DNA from: Klebsormidium nitens
Taxonomy: Eukaryota > Plantae > Klebsormidiophyceae
DNA length: 64,000 bases
Direction: 5' to 3'
Assembly (NCBI GenBank): GCA_000708835.1
Contig: DF237141.1
Coordinates: forward strand, 62,001 to 126,000
Shown: piece by piece, positions 1-13,608 of the stretch
How positions within the stretch are numbered: position 1 is the first letter of the stretch
Layout: every line of letters begins with the position of its first letter
The notes under the pieces: generated by a model
What the model saw: only the letters and a program-made list of their open reading frames with translations
Database searches by the model: none
Told to the model about the DNA's origin: nothing
Position numbers and translations under genes: made by a program

Positions 1-3000
1 CGATCGCCGCAGAAGGTCTTCCGCGAAGTGCGCCTTGGGCTTCTGCAGGGGAGGGGGCTGCCAGTGATTGGAAGACATGTCTTCGCTGGGAAGGAGACGG
101 GGGCTGAGCGGGAGCGGCGCGAGCGACAGGGCCTCTTCGTGGAACTCTGCCTCAGCTCTGCTTTCGGAAGGCCCTGCAACGGGCGCCGCTGCTTCCGCTC
201 TTCCATCCTTCCGTTCTGCGCCTTGCCCCGCCTGCCTTTCCGTGGAGACGGAACGTACCTCAACGCCGCTCCTCGGCACAGCAGCTCCCAAACTTTCCTC
301 CTCCGAAACCCCTTCCTCCAAAGCCCTGAACCCCTCCGACCACTCCTCAGAAAGTGGCGCCATCTGTGTGCCCGTTTGATACGCAGCCGGAGCCGCAAGG
401 AGCGAACTGCTCCGGTACTGCCACGTGGTCGTCAGCGACTGGTCGCTGGGAGACAACCGCTCGGACAAAGCTGGGCTAGACGGATTTGAGCTCTCGACAA
501 ACGGAGCAAGATCGCCCGCATCGGGTGACTTTCCGGAATGGTTGCTCTCTCCCGCAGATCTTTCTTGCTCGGCCCCTCGAAAAGCAGCCTCCCTGAATTC
601 GCGGCCAGCTAACGTTGACCCTCCTCCTTCGGGAGAGCTAATGGCCGAGTTGGAAGAGAGCTCGCTCTTTCCTGAAGACCCTTCCCCAGACTTTCCGGTC
701 TCGCCAAGCGCAGTCCGTTCCGTTTCCGCCGCTTCCGATTCTTCCGAGCTGGTTTCGCTGAGCCCCAGCGCGGCCGCAATCGACGGCCGCCCGGTTTCCG
801 CGGACGGCTCCGCAGCCCGCATGTCAAAGTTAAGGCGACCGTCGAGGGCCGTGACGTCAGCATCTTCACTTTGCTGATCATCACTGGGATCAAGTTTCTG
901 GGCGTGAGGACCTTCAGAGTCTGACGCCGAGTCGGGGGAAGCCCTGACGTCACGATGCACGTGTGGGTTTCCGGCAGGATTCACATGGGGGCTTTGACTA
1001 ACCGGGCTGGAACCAGAGGTGGTTAGGCTGAAGCTGGAGACGGTCAAAGTGGCCGCCAGGAGGGAGGCAATCGTCGTCGACGTCAGCGTGGCGTCAGCAA
1101 CGCGCTCAGGAGGCGCAGTCCCAGGGAGGAACGCTTCGACTACTGGAGGCAGGGCGACGTCAGCAGGGCGGCCTTCCGTGCTGACGTCAGCGGCCGGAGC
1201 GTCGGACGGCTTGGATTGGGACGAGGGGGGCAGGGGCGGGCGGGCGTTGCCGTCTGAAGTGCTCGTGGTGGGTGTCGAAGGGAGACCTGCAGACAGTAGT
1301 ATCGATTCTAGGTTGAGGTCAAGCCGTGCTCGGAGAACGGGTGGGGTTATTTAAAATTTCAGCGTGGAAAGGAATGCGGAACGGATAAAGTTTGTCGATT
1401 ATAATCCATTGCTTCCTCCCGAGTCCCCTTACATATCTCAACCGGTCCAGATCAACCCCAGAATGAGACTCATCCTGCAGAGGGGATGCGTCAAGAGAAA
1501 ACGTTTCGTGCTCAATTGGATCAGTTGCTTCGCATATTATGTTTTATCACATTATGAAGCACAACAGAATCACGATTGGATGCAAGATACCACAGCGTAA
1601 GTTCGAAAATCGGTTTCCATCAAACGTCGACCCACTCCCACACGAAGGTTTGAGCGAGTGCAACATGACTTGGGAAGCAGTGGGAAGGTGCCCACTAGTA
1701 GTCATTAAGTCTGATTGAACAAGCAGAGGGCCGCGAGAGTTCAGTCAGCTTTCACATGTTCTGATGGGTGCAAACTTTTCTGTAAGCAGGATCGCGGGTG
1801 CGACTATTGGCAATAAGCTGCCACAAAAGAAGACTGAATGATGGCAGGAGTTCTTATTCATATGTACGCGGACTACAAAAGCACGGCAGAAAAGCGCGGA
1901 CGGTCGGAGGTCATTCCGAACAAAGAAGAGACGAAAAGAGACCAGAGAAATGCAAGGATCATATTGTTATTAAGAAGCCAAATCATCCAAAGTGATTGTC
2001 CCTAGTTCCTGAATAGGTTCCTGATTCCTGGTTCTAAGGGAGACGAGATCTCCTTACCAGACGTCGAGCTGGGTAGCCGTGCAGCCGCTCCCCCTTGCGC
2101 GAACACGTCCGCGCGCACCGCGTCCAACCGCTCGTCGAACTCGTCCAGCTCGCGTTTCAACCGGGCAAAGATATCATCCACCGGGCGCTCACGTTCCCCG
2201 GGCAGATTGCCAATCGCGGCCGCCCTCTTCCCCTGCTGTTTTTCAGCGTTCGGTTCAGAATTGCTGGGAGCAAAAACACCCTCCGTCACCAGGTCAAGTG
2301 TAACCGGTTGGTGACCCTGTTCTTCTTCAGAGGTCGGTTCAAAGTCTCCGGGAGCAGAAGCACGGCCCGTATCCAGGGTCTGTGGAACCGGTTGGAAAAC
2401 ACCGGGGGACGAGGGCGGATAGGTGGGCGCTGTTTGCGACCCCGGGGAAGAGTGCCCCGAGGGAAAGGGGGCCTCGGCGGCACCAGTCTCCGACCGCTCG
2501 GTTGTACTGGTCGGGGGTAAGTCGGTGCTAGGGACCGTGCCGCTCGTCGTGAGCTCCGAGCTCGGTAACAAAGCCCCCGCTTCTAGTTCCGTCCGGTTGG
2601 ACAGCCCGGTTCCACCGGACAGCATGGTGTCGCCGGACGTGAGCAGCGAGGAGCTGGTGGGAGCGGAGCTGCTGACGTGTTCCTTGGCTCCATCAGGCTC
2701 CCGCGTTCGTTCATTTTCCTCTCCCTCCGTCCTTCTCGCTGACAGCTCCGTATCAAAGCCAGTTCCACTTGTGACTTGCCCCTCGGCGCTGTGCAACTCC
2801 TCCCCTGCGTTCAATCCCAAACCCGGCTGTTCGCGGAATTCTGCCGTCTCTCCTTCCCGCAACGTCGCACCGTCGCCTGACCCCGACACGGGGCCAAGCG
2901 CAAAGCTCGACACGTGGACATCAAGAAGCACGTCCAGGTCGTCTTCGCTGAAGTTCGACAGGGGTGACGTCAGCAACGAGAACGGCGAGAGTCCGGACGT

Positions 3001-6000
3001 CGGCGATGACATCAGCGTGAAGTCCGAGGAGGCATAGTCCAGGCCCCAATGCCCAAGGCGCTGTCTGGCTGTGTTTACCTCTAACCCCTCTAACCCGCCC
3101 GGGTTTGCCAAACCCAGTTGGTCAGCTGCCAGCCCACTCGCGCCTCCGCTGAGCGCCTCTGAACCAGGGACCGCACCTATGCTGACGTCAACCTTGGGGG
3201 CAGCGGAAGCAGTTCCCAAAGCTCTCGAAACCACTCCGCCCTCGTTTTGTCTGTCCATCAAGCCGTCATCCCTTCTTTCTTCTCCTCTGTTTCTTCCCCT
3301 CTCTCCAGGAAACTTTGCTTGTGTTTCCAATTGCCCACTCCCCTCTAAATCGCGAACTCCAACACCAGACTCGAGTCTCCCCCTCAAGCGCTCCTTCTGC
3401 TGCTCCTTCTCGTACAGTTCCCGCTCTAGCACGATGAACTCCTCCAGCGACTGCCGCAGCTCGCTGGTGCCTTCCGCTCTCCTTGGAGCTTCTGCTCCCC
3501 TTCCTCCTTCTTCCGGATTGTGCGGCCGTGTCAGGTCGGCTCTCTCGTCCAGAATCCGCAAGGCTTCCCGCGCGTCGCCGCTCCTCGCGTCCTCCAATGC
3601 CACGAGCTGCTCCAGAACCTCCCGCAGGTCCATCCCCGGAACCTCCTCCGAGAAATCCGGCGCTGCTTCTTCGACACGACCCGCCGCACCTTCTTGACCT
3701 CCCCCCCGTACGTCCTCCGCCCGTGAAGAGTTCACAAGCTCCTCCGATGGGCCCCTCAAATCTCCCCGCGCCTGACCCCCCCGCTCAACAAACGGGCTGT
3801 CCTCGCCTATCCTTGGCAACCAGCCCCCTAACCCGCCGCTAACTCTAACCCCGCTTTCTTCCCCTTGAACACCGGGGCCTCCATCTGCTGACACGTGGCC
3901 GGCTTCCTCAGGCAACGGGGGCCTCCGAGTCTCAGCTCCGGAGGCCCCTGCCGATGATTCCTTTGCCCCTACCTTTTCGTCTGCTTCCGCTGCAGCGCCT
4001 TCTTCCGTTCCGGCTCCCTGTTCCGCTCTGGATCCGTCTGGCCGTGGCTCCACTGAACCCCCCGGGTGCCGTTCCCTGCTATCCTGGGCCAATACTTCAA
4101 TCTCTTCGGGAGCCGTTTCCGGACGCTGAGCCGATGCTGCTTCGGACGAAGCCCCGGACGGTCCGTCAAGCTCAGCGGAGGACGTTGAGGCCTGAGCCGT
4201 TGCTGCTTCAGCAGGGGCCGGCTCCGGTCGCGCTGAGGCTGCTTGCACCGGCGCGCGCTCGTCCGAAACGGCTGCGGTCGGACGTTCTCCCGGACGGCCG
4301 CTTGGGGCAGCTGCGAAGCGGGCGTGACTTTCAGACCCCATAAACTCGAAGCGTCCAAGAAAAGTGAGCGATAAGGGTTGTACAGCTGTTTACGAAAGTT
4401 TGGTGTTCCAGCAGTCCGGTGACAAGGCTCACACAGAATTGGCAGGTCGCTCTACGACGAGCCTCTCTTAACGCTTGAGGTTATGGAATTTTCATTGCCG
4501 ACTGGCCTACACCATGTTTCCAGAGCTTGTTGAAAAGGTTCAGCTGCTTCAAAACCGTGCAGGCGCAAAAAAGATTCTAAAGCAAGCTCAGAACGATCGC
4601 TTAGCAGCAAGCGCAACTTGCGACTAGGTGCAGTATGGGACACACGAACAATCAAATAAGAGCCGCAAAGTGCAATCTTGAAAGGAGGCTACGTCGGTTC
4701 ACCGGAATTCAAACGAAAGCCCAAGCACTTACCAAGTCCTTCTATCTCTTCTTGTAGCGATGCCGCCTGTTGCTCCAGAGGTTGCGTCGGTAGCGTGCCC
4801 TCTTCGTCGATTGGAAACAGAGCCCGCTGTCTCTCCAGACCCTCGGCGCGCCTGGATCGGGCAAGCGCAATGGCCGCCTCCTTGCGTTGCTGCAACAGGG
4901 AGTAAATGATTCTTACATTCGCAAGCCGAAGAATAGACAAAGCCTGCCAAAGAATAGACGCATTTGAATATTCTCCGAAGGTTCATGATGATCGAGCAGG
5001 TTGTTCTGTTTGCGAGGACAGCGGTCTGCTATTGTTGAGGTGCCTCTCGGGAGTCCCAACTGATCCGAAAACCTGGCTCGTCAAACAATAATGAGGCGCT
5101 TGGGAAGAAAGTTCAGAAATTAGCATATTTAGGGTTTCAGTAAATGGAGGCCATGGCACTCGGTGCGACGTATATCTTTCTATCGAACCAGAGCGTGTTA
5201 GACCGACACAAAGTCTTCGTCTCACAGGTGGAACTCGTGATGCGCGCTGTCATCGTCCGGACCAACAGAAGGCTGGAAAGCAAGCTTAAGGCAGCAAAAC
5301 GTCAAATACCGACGTTCCTCCTTCGCTTTCAAAGGTAGGCCCATGCTCCAACCACACTAAGCCTCTCATAGGTCACCATTGACCTACTGCTCATTTCCCT
5401 TCCGCCGGCTTCGAAGCTCACCCTCCAAACGCCGATTCGGAAGTGCGCCGCGGCCTCCCTCTCGACGGTCCGGCTGTGCGTCTCCCTCCGCTCTCGTTCT
5501 CGTCTCTCCTTTTCCGCCTCGATGCGCCGCCGCTCGACCTCCGCCGCCACGCGGCTGTCGTCCAGGCCCTTGATGTGAACGTTCGGGGGAGGGAACCTGC
5601 GCAAAAGCAACGAATATTATTGTCAATATCAAGCTTCCGACAAGCGTACCAACTTATAAGTTCAGCAATTCCGATGCATTGTACTCTTTCGAATCGAGTC
5701 GCTTTATCAGCAGGCTGCCAAGAAGTGTTCGGAGCATTTGCAGAGTGCGTTTTTCGGCCTATCCAAGGCAAATTTTAAAGGGAAGAAGTGCTCAGAATGC
5801 CAAGAAATCTTCCCGGCACATTTGCAAGCCTCTCGACCATTGTCGTTTCGACATACATTAAAGAAAAGCGATTAGAGGATGCTGACCTTTGGAGTTGGTA
5901 CAGTATTATTTGTTGATTGCAAACAAGGTGAATGCTCAAAAGACTCAAGTCATTCAGGGATAGATGCACCGCAGGTATTCTGTGTCACATGTGAGACAGT

Positions 6001-9000
6001 AAAGGCAGATTCCTACAGAAAACCGCGCTTCATCGTGACTGAGTTTCTTACATGCCAATATCATGTGTTTGCCCAGGCTACTCTGTTGTCTTTTGCTCAA
6101 AGAGACTCCCTGGCTGAGTAAACTGTTATCTTACTTGACCACTTGCTGCGGAGGCGCGTTTTCGGCGCCCGGGATGTTGGTCAGCGGCGTCCGCTCCAGC
6201 AGCTGCCGGTGCAAGCACGTGAAGCGGAACGCGTCCAAGTCATCGATCACCGGAAGGATCCGGGGCTCGCGCGTCGCTGCTGCAGCTGCCTCCGCTCGCT
6301 GTCTGCAACGCGCAGAATTTCCGGCTCAACGTTTTGTGTTGAAAAAAGAGTCTTTTCCTTGTGCAGCGAGGCAACCTGTCAGAGCCACCTTTTGGGTGAG
6401 GCAAAAAATCAAGATACAATATTGTCGGGGTCAGACTTGACAGTCAAAGTGCGTATCTTCGCTCCCCAAAGTTGGAGCGAAGATCAAACGAAACTTTGTT
6501 TCCGGCGCAGCCCAGCCGAGTCTTGTGATAACAACCAAGAATCGGAATCAGAATGAGTTAATCAAAACGTAACCAGAAGAAAAACGAGAACTATGGCTGT
6601 CTCGATGATTTGAAGAGTCCTCTCTCTTTTAAGCATCTACCTGGCCTCCAAGCCTTAGCCCCAAGCAACCGGCTCGGTCCGAGAAAGGGTCAGTGTATGA
6701 ATGCAATCAAAGGGGCTTGTCAACGTGGAAAAGCAGGATCAGTGCGGAAGCTTCTCATCTGTATTTTGGTGCCCCGTGATTGTGACGTTCACCGTGACAA
6801 CTTGCGTGGTGAAGATCATTTTACGTTCCCCCGCTCGGCTTCCCGACTGAGAACATTGCTTTGACATCAAAAGCCAGAGATATTTTCTTGCGATACCAAG
6901 CGACTCGAGCACATCAATCAGACGAAGGCAGTGCCTATCTCAAAAACCAGAAGGCTGATCTTTCAACATTGGGGGCCGGGTCGCTTTCGAATTGAAGGGG
7001 CTGATAGGGACTCAACCTGCCAGCGTGGCACTATTTAACCCTTTGATGATTATCGGAAAGTCTCACGACTGAGTGTTTAAGCGGAGGATTTACTGCCAGA
7101 GCTGGCGTGATCGACTTTCAAGCCTTCCAGTTGACGAGGACCTAAGCAGCGTACCAGACCGATGGAAACACACTATGTCCTCCCTGTGCAGCATGCAGAG
7201 ATGTGGGAAGTTACATACCTGAGCTCTGCATTCCGAGCGGCAATTTGCGCAAGCGCCCTCTCCATGCGCATCGTCTCTTCCATTGCCTTGCGCCGTGCTT
7301 CCGCGGCCCGCTGCTCAGCTTGGAGCTCAGTTCTCCTACTTTGCTCCTGTAGTGGAAGTTGTGACGAGCAGGGTTAGGCTCCACCAGTGTGGTTGACCGC
7401 GGGCGTCTCCCTCAAATAGCTCTATGTCAAATACAGTTTTACCAGAACGTTCATTCTATGAGCTCCATTTGTGTGTTTCACCAGGACAATCTCCCATGTA
7501 GCTCGATTCACAACACCAATACGTTTTCGTCTTCTCTTGTGTGTCATGAGTCACAGGCGGAGAGTAGGAATTTAAGGTTGCCGAAATTCCCATCATCTTT
7601 GTTGCAGTGCGGCACATTCAACTTTCGAGCGCGATTTAGACTTCTACCTGCCTCAGGAAAGTTCCATTCCAGATTGACTGTCTGAACGCTTCAGATCCAC
7701 ATCTTCCTCTACAAGCGCAACACCGCATCATTATCCTCACAAGTGCACCCTTCGCACTCCAACTAGGATCAAGCGGCCAGCTGAATTGCAGCGTACGGGT
7801 TGACACATCCACTAAATCGCTTAAAAGTGGCACTGATAAGCTCACCTCTCTTAGCGCCCCTTGGAATCTCGCTTGGGCGTTGCGCAGGTTTTCCACAGCC
7901 TGCACCGCTGCGGCCTCGGCCCTTTTCGCCTTCTCCTCAACAGCGTCCTGCGCCTGCCGCTGGCTGCGTCCCACGTCCGCCAGCGCGGCCGCCAGCTCCG
8001 CCTCTAGTTCCTCAATCTTCTGCTGCCGCTCTAGTTGCCATTGATTCTGGATATCAGATAAGGGAAAGGGGTTGCTTCAATGACTACAAGATATAGGTGG
8101 GGCGTAACTAGACCTTTCCTGGAGCGGCCAGGGCAGTAGCCGAGAAGTTGGCGGAACGTTTTCAGTCCGCCTCCTCTACTCCTGCTCAAGATGTCAACTC
8201 CCGTGTTTCCGGCTGTCTCGCAACAGTTCGAAGTAAGCATGTACTGTCAGTCTGGAAGAACTCCGATAGGGCCAGCTCTGTGTTGCAGAAAAGAAGGTTC
8301 TAACAACAGTGCGCTCAACTTTTTAAGAATCAACATTTACGGCAGAAGGCCAGCTAAACAAGACTCTTCAGCCCTTGTCCACCTTGGGAGTTCAACCTGC
8401 ATCCTTATCAAGTACTCGGTCTTTCAATGTAGTCCAGCCGCTGCTTTGCCGACGCAAACGCTCTGATTGTGAGCAACCCTTCGTACAAAACCGTCCTGAC
8501 TCCTTGGGGGCTTTGCAAGACCTCCTGAAGCCTGTAAAGTCATTACTAAAACCCCAAAAGCGTTCTGCTCTATATGCACAACCTTTCCAAACAGCATCAG
8601 ACATCGGCTTCAGATTCTGCAAACCTCCTCCTTCGCCCCTTGAGTGCTTGCTGCAGGACTTTTACCACCTGAGGTAAGTCTCTGTGGCTTAGCTTTTCAT
8701 GGTTCGCCCCTCTTTCTAGATGTCCTGAGGACACTCATTCACTCACCTCAAGCTGTTGAGCCAGACGCTGCTGACCGGTGGTCACTTGTGCTCGAAACTC
8801 TCTTACGCGATGTGCAGCCAAGATTGTGTCCTGGCGGCGAACCTGTAGATGTCAACAAGGGTCAGCTGTGCTTCCAGCCCCAACTGCAAGCAGATCATCA
8901 CGAGACAAAAAAGGCAGCTCCTGGAGTCCTGCATTCCTTTAGTTACCCTTCACAATCTCCACACTGGCTACTAGCATGTTATTTGAAGCGATGACATTGC

Positions 9001-9363
9001 CCCAACATGTATGAACCAGGTTTTTCACTTATACCCATTCACTTCATTCGACCTTGGCCCGTAGAGAGTGCTTGCACGACTAAAGATGCCCGAAGTGCTA
9101 CAGAGTAAGGTCATGTAGGTTGCTTTTCAGGTTTGCCAATTGCAGGTCCAAAACCCTAATTTCTGAGGAAGTCTTCTTACCTGCAGCAAGCGCTCCTTCC
9201 GTGCTCTGGAGCGCTGCTCCTCAATGAGCTTCATCTCCTCTTCGCTGCTAAGCACCTGAAGCCGTCTGCGGCGGGTGCCCTGACCAGAAAATGCACACCA
9301 ATGTTTACTTCTTCCCAGTCTGATTCTTAATAACTTTGCTTTCCAGGAAAAGTTTGTGCTCAT
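1..9363 (-). CDS. Large coiled-coil/low-complexity protein with CEP295 (KIAA1731)/Ana1-like N-terminus; 3' end runs off the window
   Basis: Phase-consistent GT-AG exon chain on the minus strand: 9181-9279 (may extend to ATG at 9363; start uncertain), 8747-8842, 7846-8046, 7219-7346, 6135-6302, 5422-5596, 4733-4889, 2058-4385 (acceptor tentative), 1-1286 (open frame to window edge). Spliced peptide: RLQVLSSEEEMKLIEEQRSRARKERLLQ|VRRQDTILAAHRVREFRAQVTTGQQRLAQQLE|NQWQLERQQKIEELEAELAAALADVGRSQRQAQ...ARFQGALRE...DSRVAAEVERRRIEAEKERRERE. It resembles the human CEP295 N-terminus as I recall it. The rest is acidic/Ser/Gly/Pro low complexity. Confidence 0.7.
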
Positions 9364-10424
9364 TTTTGATGGTAATCAGTCGCAACAAGCAATTGAAGAG
9401 GTTTTCCAATAGCTGGCATAGCTTGCAAAACTTACCACGATCATGCCAGTTGTTTCCCTCAAAGAGCGGCCGCCCCAGTCCCCGCTGTTTCAATCAGATG
9501 GACTCCTAAATGCTGCTGGGCTCAGACGACAGTGGAACAGTTTGTAGTCACCATCAAGCAGCATGGCCCCACAATACCTACTCGCCACCAACGCCAAGTT
9601 TACCTACCTTCGACCTACCTACATTCCCCCATGCTAAGGTGTCCTGCGAGTAGCGACTCTCCGGCCATTGGCATTGGCATTGGCACCACGGTGACCATTG
9701 TTGACAGACCATCATGGTCACCATGCAAATTGCAGACTCCAGAGCCAGTAGCAGAGCAGATTTTGAACTTGAAAACATAGGGTGGTCTGTCCCAACACGT
9801 GACCATGAAATCTGCGCCAGATTTCCTGACACCTGAAACATGCATGCAGGAAACCGCAGGCTGCAGGGAACTGGTTAGGACCAGGTTAGTGTCTGGTTAG
9901 CCAGTTGCAATAATTCTTCGACAGACTGCATCCTGGGCACCTGGTTAGCACAGGTTAGTGCCGTCATTTCGTCAAGACCAGTGTAGCAAGCTGTTCGACG
10001 TCGAGCGACTTCGAGGCGACGCCGTGCTTCTTCTGGAGACAACGCGTTATAACTTGGTGGCTGGACTTTGTCGACTGTTCCAGAACAAGGCCTTTTGTAA
10101 CCTTTGTCGTCGAAAGTCTTCTCAGGTCCAACTTCCAGAATGATGCGCAACGGAAGCTTCAAGTTCAAGTACAGGCGTACAGGCTGCTGAACGGCTTCTT
10201 CCTTTCAGACTCGGTATTCCGCAGCTGCTGGCACCAGTTGCAGACTTTCAAAGAACCTCGCAGGGCTCCTTTTTGTCAGCTGCAGGCTGTCAGCAGCAGC
10301 AGAAGAAAAGGCAGATTGTCTCTGTGTGATTGGACGCCTTTTGCTCTCTGAGAGTTGCTGCTTCTTGAAATCTAGCTGACGAGCAATTGTCTGGTTTTCC
10401 TCCATCTTTCTGAAAGCTGTTGCA

Positions 10425-11751
10425 ATGGCTGAGGATCACGGGCCTGTCATCATTGTGACCAGCAAAGCGCACTGGGACCAATTGCATCAGGAGAATGCGG
10501 GGTCCACTGTTGTGGTGAGTTGCGTACACCTTTGTGCGCTGTTTGTTGCTTCTGGTCATTGTTTTTTTGTGTCCATGCAGATTGCATGATAGAGATGCAT
10601 CCCAATCGAGCAATCGATGAGTTGCTTCTGCAGTATGGATTTATCGCAAACATCCAGGATACTAAGTCTATGCTGTCTACTTTAGACACGCTCTACTAGT
10701 GCTTGTGTTCGGCCGCTTCTGCCAGCAGCTTATTTGAGTAGTTTGGCCTGCCATATTGTTACTCTGACATATTCAGTATCGAGTGCGGTGTGAAATCGTT
10801 GCAAAGTCAGTGCTCACTTTGAGGGTCTCGATTTAGATTTGTTGAATCCTTTCTATCAGAGGTATTGATCCAACAGAACGCTTTCAGCAAACCGACATGA
10901 GTAGGTTTCCAGTAGATATGACAATATTAGGATGCAGTACAGACAATTCCATCTCCAACTGTCTCTTCAGGTCGATTTTTGGGCCACATGGTGCGGGCCA
11001 TGCAAGCACATTGCTCCCGTCTTCGTTGAATTGGCAAAGCAATACCCGCATGTGGTGTTCCTCAAGGTGGACGTGGACGAGAACCAAGTAAGTTCTCAGC
11101 TCAAGCTATCGTTGTCCTTGCGTCTGTCTTTCCAGCTTTCCTGCCTCCATTTGATCTGGTTTATGTTTCTGCAGCTTATTACTTGAATTTATGGATCTGT
11201 GCTGCCGGTATAGGAGCTTACAGCCTTCTTTGTGGCGGAGGCAGCATTTTGGCTGGTACTGGCAGGCATAGTATACACCTGGGCCTCATACATAGTTCAG
11301 CCAATCTGCCATTGGGAATGTCCTGAGTCGCAGCTTTTAGGGTTTGTCCATTCGGATCCATTCAAAATATATGTTGGCTGCCTAAGGTATCCCTGATGAG
11401 CAATCAGCATTTCAGCTAATGACAGCCAACGACTGTCACGAGTTTGGTCTGGAGCTTGAGGAGCTCACAGGAGGATTGTAAAACCGAGCACTTGCAAATC
11501 GCCCGCCAACTACAGTTTGAAGTGATTTTAGGTTTGGGTGAATGCATACACGGGCTACTTCTGTTGCTTGATCGTGGTAGTGGAGCACATGTATTCAAAG
11601 CCCCAGTCTGTTTGTTGCGCAGGACATTGCTCAGATGGAGGATATCAGTGCCATGCCAACTTTCCGTGTCTACAAACGCGGCAATAAGATCGACGAGCTG
11701 ATTGGGGCAAGCAAAGAGAAATTGGAGCAACTGGTAGCCACGAACTCCTAG
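10425..11751 (+). CDS. TRX: Thioredoxin h-type (cytosolic), 111 aa
   Basis: Exons 10425-10514, 10971-11087, 11623-11751, all phase 0 with GT-AG introns: [30 protein letters not shown]|[39 protein letters not shown]|[42 protein letters not shown]. Canonical WCGPC active site and cis-Pro motif (AMPTF). Confidence 0.95.
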
Positions 11752-13608
11752 GCAAATTCTTGGGGAGTGTACATACTGCTCATTCATCATGCCCTCACTT
11801 CCTTGTATAGAGGAGCAGCACAAATAGTACTCACTGTAGTGAGAGGTTACTGAGAAAGGTGAGAGTTACTGAGAAAGGTCATGCTTTGAGATAGTGCAGT
11901 GTGCATCAATCAGCTTTTGATCTTCAAGCGGACAGAAAAGCTTGAACTCAACCAACCAAAGCCATGGAATTGTAACGTACTCCAAACAAGAGAGTAGCCT
12001 AGTGGGAGCATGCCCGCCCATATCGCGTATCAAAAAATATGTAAGAAAACTCAGCGGTCGATTGGCAATACAATGCTATGACATCATGACTCAACAACTC
12101 GTACTGCTATAGGTATCCAATTTTAGAGGCGCGGCTTGTGTACGGTATCTCAGGCATTGATTTGCAGAGGCCTTGAATCCCAGCGCATTACATTGGGTTA
12201 TGCATGTGCGCCCTCAGTCTAATCCATGTACACTAAATTAACCCATCACATGGACGGTAGTTATTGGAAGCAGCCCGCCCTTTCGTGTCGTGTCAACTAG
12301 CTTCGATCTTAAGATTCAGGAGGTTGATGCAGCAGCTTGAGCCGCCCCCGATTTGAACGACCCCACTGACATTTGCTCCAACAAACCAAGTCCCCAACGC
12401 GCGACCTAGACCCCTGCCTCGCAATTAGCCCGGCCCCCACATTGCACGCCTACGACAACGACTTTCCAAAGAACCAGCTCCTCGCAATTCGAACCACAAA
12501 CACCGAGCGAAGCTTGTCGGCCCCACACAAGCCTTGCAGTGCAGAACTTGCTATGCAAAGCAGACTACCCAGACGATACAATCAATCGGGCGCAGCGCCG
12601 GCGGGAGCACGCGGCGCACGGCCATCTTAATGATTGTGCGATTTGTCCACGATGTGCATGCGCGCGGAACCTGCTGTCGCATCTTTCCCCCGAGCCGAAC
12701 AGCACCATAACTGCCCCGTGTCTTCAAACGCAAGGTTTACCAGTGTCCCGAAGCGAGGGGCCAGCGTCTCTGCTGTTTGCGTCAGCCATTGTGGGCCGGC
12801 CCAATTTTTCTCACAGCGGCCACATAGACTTAGGCGGGCCCCTTGTGTCACGCGAGGTGCCTTCTTTTGATGCCACTGCGCTCAAATACAATAGCACGCC
12901 GGGACGTGGATCATGCATGGCAACGCATCCTCGACACCTGCGGCGTACCGAGGCCAAAGACTCTATAATAGAAGCACCGATCTGAATATAGTAAAACCAA
13001 CTAATTGGTTGTAGTCCTCATCTTATAGATGGTGATTTAAACGTTGGCTGCTTCAGCTATAGCGACAACACACACACAGTGCAAATGCAGCACGTCATCG
13101 GTTCTCTGGTTTCTGGGTTCTTAGGCTGTCCAGGAGTTCTTGAAAGGACATGTGTCCCCGAACAGCATTAACACTGCCCTGTACCCGCACTCCGCCCCAT
13201 GCCTTTGATACGCACGGGCTTTAAGACAAATGTCCATGCAATGGTTGGTATGTGTCGGACACATCGCACGCAGTTGATATATTGCTGGGATGTCATGGGC
13301 ATGCTTCCTACACCTCCATTTGCATTGGATACAATGAACCAGGTAATACGACGTCAACTTGATGAATTATCTGAGTCAAGTCAAACAGTGCGACAAATTT
13401 CCACTTGACATGGCAACGAGAGCCCTTGCCCAGGAATTAGAGCTGCGATGCACAGCATGCGCAGCCAATGATGCGCACAGTTAAAGTTTGTAATCCTTTT
13501 GGACCTTCTTTTCACCTTCACAACTGTTCCAGTACAATTTCACCGACCATATCCGACTCCAGTAACCATCTATAACCAGGGTAAATCCGCGGTAAACCCA
13601 CACCGGGG

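Noticed and set aside
2002-2057. Stop codon ending the 779-aa ORF as the gene end
   Set aside because: A strong phase-1 donor (G|GTAAGG at 2058) matches a phase-1 acceptor at 1286 leading into an open frame to the window edge, so the gene probably continues.
28-4343. Many plus-strand ORFs (e.g. 28-489, 425-877, 2423-3037, 3071-3697)
   Set aside because: Antisense shadows of the large GC-rich minus-strand exons of the CEP295-like gene; no motifs or splice support.
12780-12850. TGGGCCGGCCCA site-II-like promoter motifs
   Set aside because: They lie between two convergent 3' ends with no supported downstream gene; too weak to call.
13040-13410. Cys/His-rich short ORFs between TRX and TRRAP as a possible transposase remnant
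   Set aside because: No convincing catalytic motif, terminal repeats or target-site duplication.
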